A stretch of 64,000 bases of DNA, from positions 256,001 to 320,000 of the forward strand of contig JBALDB010000007.1 in assembly GCA_036918135.1 (NCBI GenBank), read 5' to 3'. The notes beneath the pieces were generated by a model. It worked only from the letters and a program-made list of their open reading frames with translations, was not told where the DNA came from and did not search any database. Source of the stretch: Nostoc sp. (GTDB lineage: Bacteria; Cyanobacteriota; Cyanobacteriia; Cyanobacteriales; Nostocaceae). This document shows, piece after piece, positions 61,620-64,000 of the stretch. The translations under genes were made by a program, and so were the position numbers. The stretch's first letter is position 1. Each line of letters begins with the position of its first letter.

Positions 61620-61800
61620 TAAGTAGAAAGACTAAATTAAACCTAACTTGAGATTATCAGGTTTCGACTGCGCTCAACCCCCTTCTAGTCAGGCTCTTGA
61701 GCATTGAGCGAACTTGTACTGACTTGTGCCGACTAAAGCCGAGGTAGCGTAGTCGAAGTAGTCGAAATGCATCTTCTAAATAATTGTGTCTACCTACTTA
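61620..61800. mobile_element. MITE-like element (taagtag...ctactta) carrying nested 24-nt repeats
   Basis: Same end type as the 33800 element; nested inserts at 61712-61759. Confidence 0.7.
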
Positions 61801-61934
61801 TTTTGGCATTCACGGTACATAACTGACTAAATTAACCATATCAGCGATGGACAGTGATATTGCTGCTTTAAAAGGCAAAAATCAAAAAGCTGATTAAGAA
61901 GTAAAACGTTCGATCGCAAATCAAGCTTTGGAAT

Positions 61935-63035
61935 CTAGTCAAAAATTTCATTTTGCAAGGGTAAAGTGACGATGAACGTTGTCCCAACATTGATTTGGCT
62001 TTTGAGTGCGATCGTTCCACCATATTGCTCAACTGCCTGTTTAACAATTGTCAGCCCTAATCCGGTTCCTGGAATTTTGCCTACGTTACTAGCACGATAA
62101 AAGGATTCAAATAATCGTTCTTGGTCTGCTGAAGCAATGCCGATGCCCTCATCCTGCACTTGAAATATTACGGCTTCGGATTTACATTGCAGTCTCACTT
62201 GAATGGTGCTATCAGGGGCAGAGTATTTAATAGCATTAGATAATAAATTGGTTAAAATGTGCCGCAGTAAGGCTTCATCTATCTCAACTGTCACACATTC
62301 GTCTTCGCAATAAAATTTAATCGTGTGATTACTGCCTGTACTGAATTTGATTTCTTCGATTAGCTTGCGGCAAAAAGGCTCAAGTGCAAGTTTAACGGGA
62401 TTAGACACCAGAGGAGCAGCTTCAGATTTTCCCAGGATTAAAACATCATCCAGCAAGGCAATCATTCGGGCAACAGCAGCTAGGATGCGTCTGAAAAAGT
62501 CATCTCGCTGTTCTGGAAGCAAGTTACGCTCTTGCAGTAAACGAGTGAAACCGGAAATTGTACTTAAGGGGCTACGAAATTCATGGGAAACTATTGAGAC
62601 AAAGCGCGATTTTAGTTCTCTAAGTTCGCGTTCTTGCTCTAGTGCAGTCTGAAGCTCTAGTGAGAGCCGCCGCGATCGCAACAGCATTTCCACTCTTGCC
62701 TGCAACTCTAACTTTTCCAGCGGTTTTGTAATTAGCTCATCGATAGTTTGCCACAAATGCCGTGTTAATAGTTTTACGTCAGTACGTAGAGTAATTAGCA
62801 AAAAGGGCAAAAAAACGGGTTGCTCTTGGTATTTTCTTGCTTGCACCCATTCCCAAAGGCGATCGAGTGCTGGGCCGTCAAGAATGCATAAATCAAATGG
62901 TTGATCTAAAAGCGGTACGGCTTTTCCTGCTTGGACAATTGAGTCGGCGATCGCAACCTCATAATATATACTCAGCCACTCTGCTAACAGGCGACGATTC
63001 TCAAATTGCTCTATAACTATTAAAATTCGACTCAT
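61935..63035 (-). CDS. REC-like + histidine kinase
   Basis: Atypical REC (ILIVIEQ, LCILDG, TKPL); SHEFRSPL, NLLSNAIKYS, GTGLGL. Confidence 0.88.
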   Translation of the reverse strand: MSRILIVIEQFENRRLLAEWLSIYYEVAIADSIVQAGKAVPLLDQPFDLCILDGPALDRLWEWVQARKYQEQPVFLPFLLITLRTDVKLLTRHLWQTIDELITKPLEKLELQARVEMLLRSRRLSLELQTALEQERELRELKSRFVSIVSHEFRSPLSTISGFTRLLQERNLLPEQRDDFFRRILAAVARMIALLDDVLILGKSEAAPLVSNPVKLALEPFCRKLIEEIKFSTGSNHTIKFYCEDECVTVEIDEALLRHILTNLLSNAIKYSAPDSTIQVRLQCKSEAVIFQVQDEGIGIASADQERLFESFYRASNVGKIPGTGLGLTIVKQAVEQYGGTIALKSQINVGTTFIVTLPLQNEIFD

Positions 63036-63113
63036 CGCTCATTCTCTTGCTCATTGGCAATGCTGTCGCCAAGGTTTTTCACTAGCTCTGGCTAAATCAA
63101 CATAGCTACGCTA

Positions 63114-64000
63114 TCACAATTCATCCGCAAGTATTTCAGGCACTCCAGTCAACACACCTCGCAACTTTGTCAGTGGCCTGCCGACTTTAATTCCGTAGCG
63201 ACTAATTTCAAATTCGCGCAAGGTTTTCTCAAAGTCTGTCATCCGCTTCTTGAGAACGCCAATCGTTCGCCGGAGTTCGCCTTGTATTTCTAAGTAGCGC
63301 AGAAATATAATCGTGTCTGCCAAATAGCTAATTCCAATTTCTGTAACTCTAAATTCTCCTGTAATCGTTTCAATTTCGTTGATTAGCAGCACAGCAACAC
63401 CCATGTTTTGCAGATACTTACATAGCGAATGGATGTGGCTAATCAAGTCTTTTCCGCGCACCGAAAGCCGATAGCCGGATACACTATCGATCATCACAAT
63501 TCGCGCCTGTTGTTGCTCTACTTCCTGACGCACGAGGTTAGCAAATTCATCGGGTGTATAATACAGCGGCTCTACTTGCACAACTGAAAGTGTCCCCTTA
63601 TCCTGCATCGCACCAACCGCAATGTTGATACCTTCAGCACGGCGCAGCAGCGTTTCTTTTCTTTCCTCAAAGGTGTAAATCACCGAACGTTCGCCCCGTC
63701 CGGCGGCTTCTTTCATAAACTGAAGTCCCAACGTGCTTTTACCCACGCCGCTGGGGCCGCTAATGATAGTAATCGTGCTGCGTTCAATGCCACCGTGCAG
63801 TAACTCATCGATTTCCGGGATGCCAGAGGAGATTACTTGAGTATTAAAATCTTCTTGTGCATAATCTTGAGGTACTAACCGAGGAAACAGATGCACTCCC
63901 GTACTAGTTAAGCGGATTGCATGATGTCCATGTTGAAAGTTACTCCCCCGAAACTTAGAAATACAGAGTGTGCGCTCATCTTGACTAAACTTCAGATTGA
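63114..64000 (-). CDS. KaiC-like double-domain RecA-family ATPase (5'-truncated)
   Basis: Walker A GPSGVGKS, FEE, MIDS, LKKR; frame open to the window edge (..ISKFRGS.. end of the first domain). Confidence 0.88.
   Translation of the reverse strand, partial: NLKFSQDERTLCISKFRGSNFQHGHHAIRLTSTGVHLFPRLVPQDYAQEDFNTQVISSGIPEIDELLHGGIERSTITIISGPSGVGKSTLGLQFMKEAAGRGERSVIYTFEERKETLLRRAEGINIAVGAMQDKGTLSVVQVEPLYYTPDEFANLVRQEVEQQQARIVMIDSVSGYRLSVRGKDLISHIHSLCKYLQNMGVAVLLINEIETITGEFRVTEIGISYLADTIIFLRYLEIQGELRRTIGVLKKRMTDFEKTLREFEISRYGIKVGRPLTKLRGVLTGVPEILADEL

Overview
Chromosome-like window from a heterocyst-forming cyanobacterium (Nostoc-like), inferred from abundant HIP1 octamers (GCGATCGC), heptameric STRR arrays, 21-24 nt dispersed repeats and gene content. 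Housekeeping genes include desC-desA-desB, an 8-vinyl reductase, an alkaline invertase, rsmB, psb35, a class A PBP, folK, hspA, a CYP110-like P450, a phosphoketolase, cruA and several two-component proteins. Small accessory islets are mixed in. The best candidate for an undescribed system is 11.5-14.6 kb: two tiny glycine-zipper peptides, a small HNH nuclease, and a protein made of two copies of the same glycine-zipper module, a PspA/Vipp1 (ESCRT-III)-like C-terminal segment, WD40 repeats and a J-domain. A collapsed hicBA relic lies just upstream. Other points of interest are a DUF1517-like/TIR fusion, a REase plus TOPRIM-like pair behind a 21-bp tandem repeat, a plasmid-type GIY-YIG/topoisomerase pair, a desulfurase/sulfite oxidase/TauE operon, several nonsense-interrupted genes and nested small repeats. 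I saw no rRNA, tRNA or CRISPR array. All family assignments come from motif recognition by eye, not from database searches.
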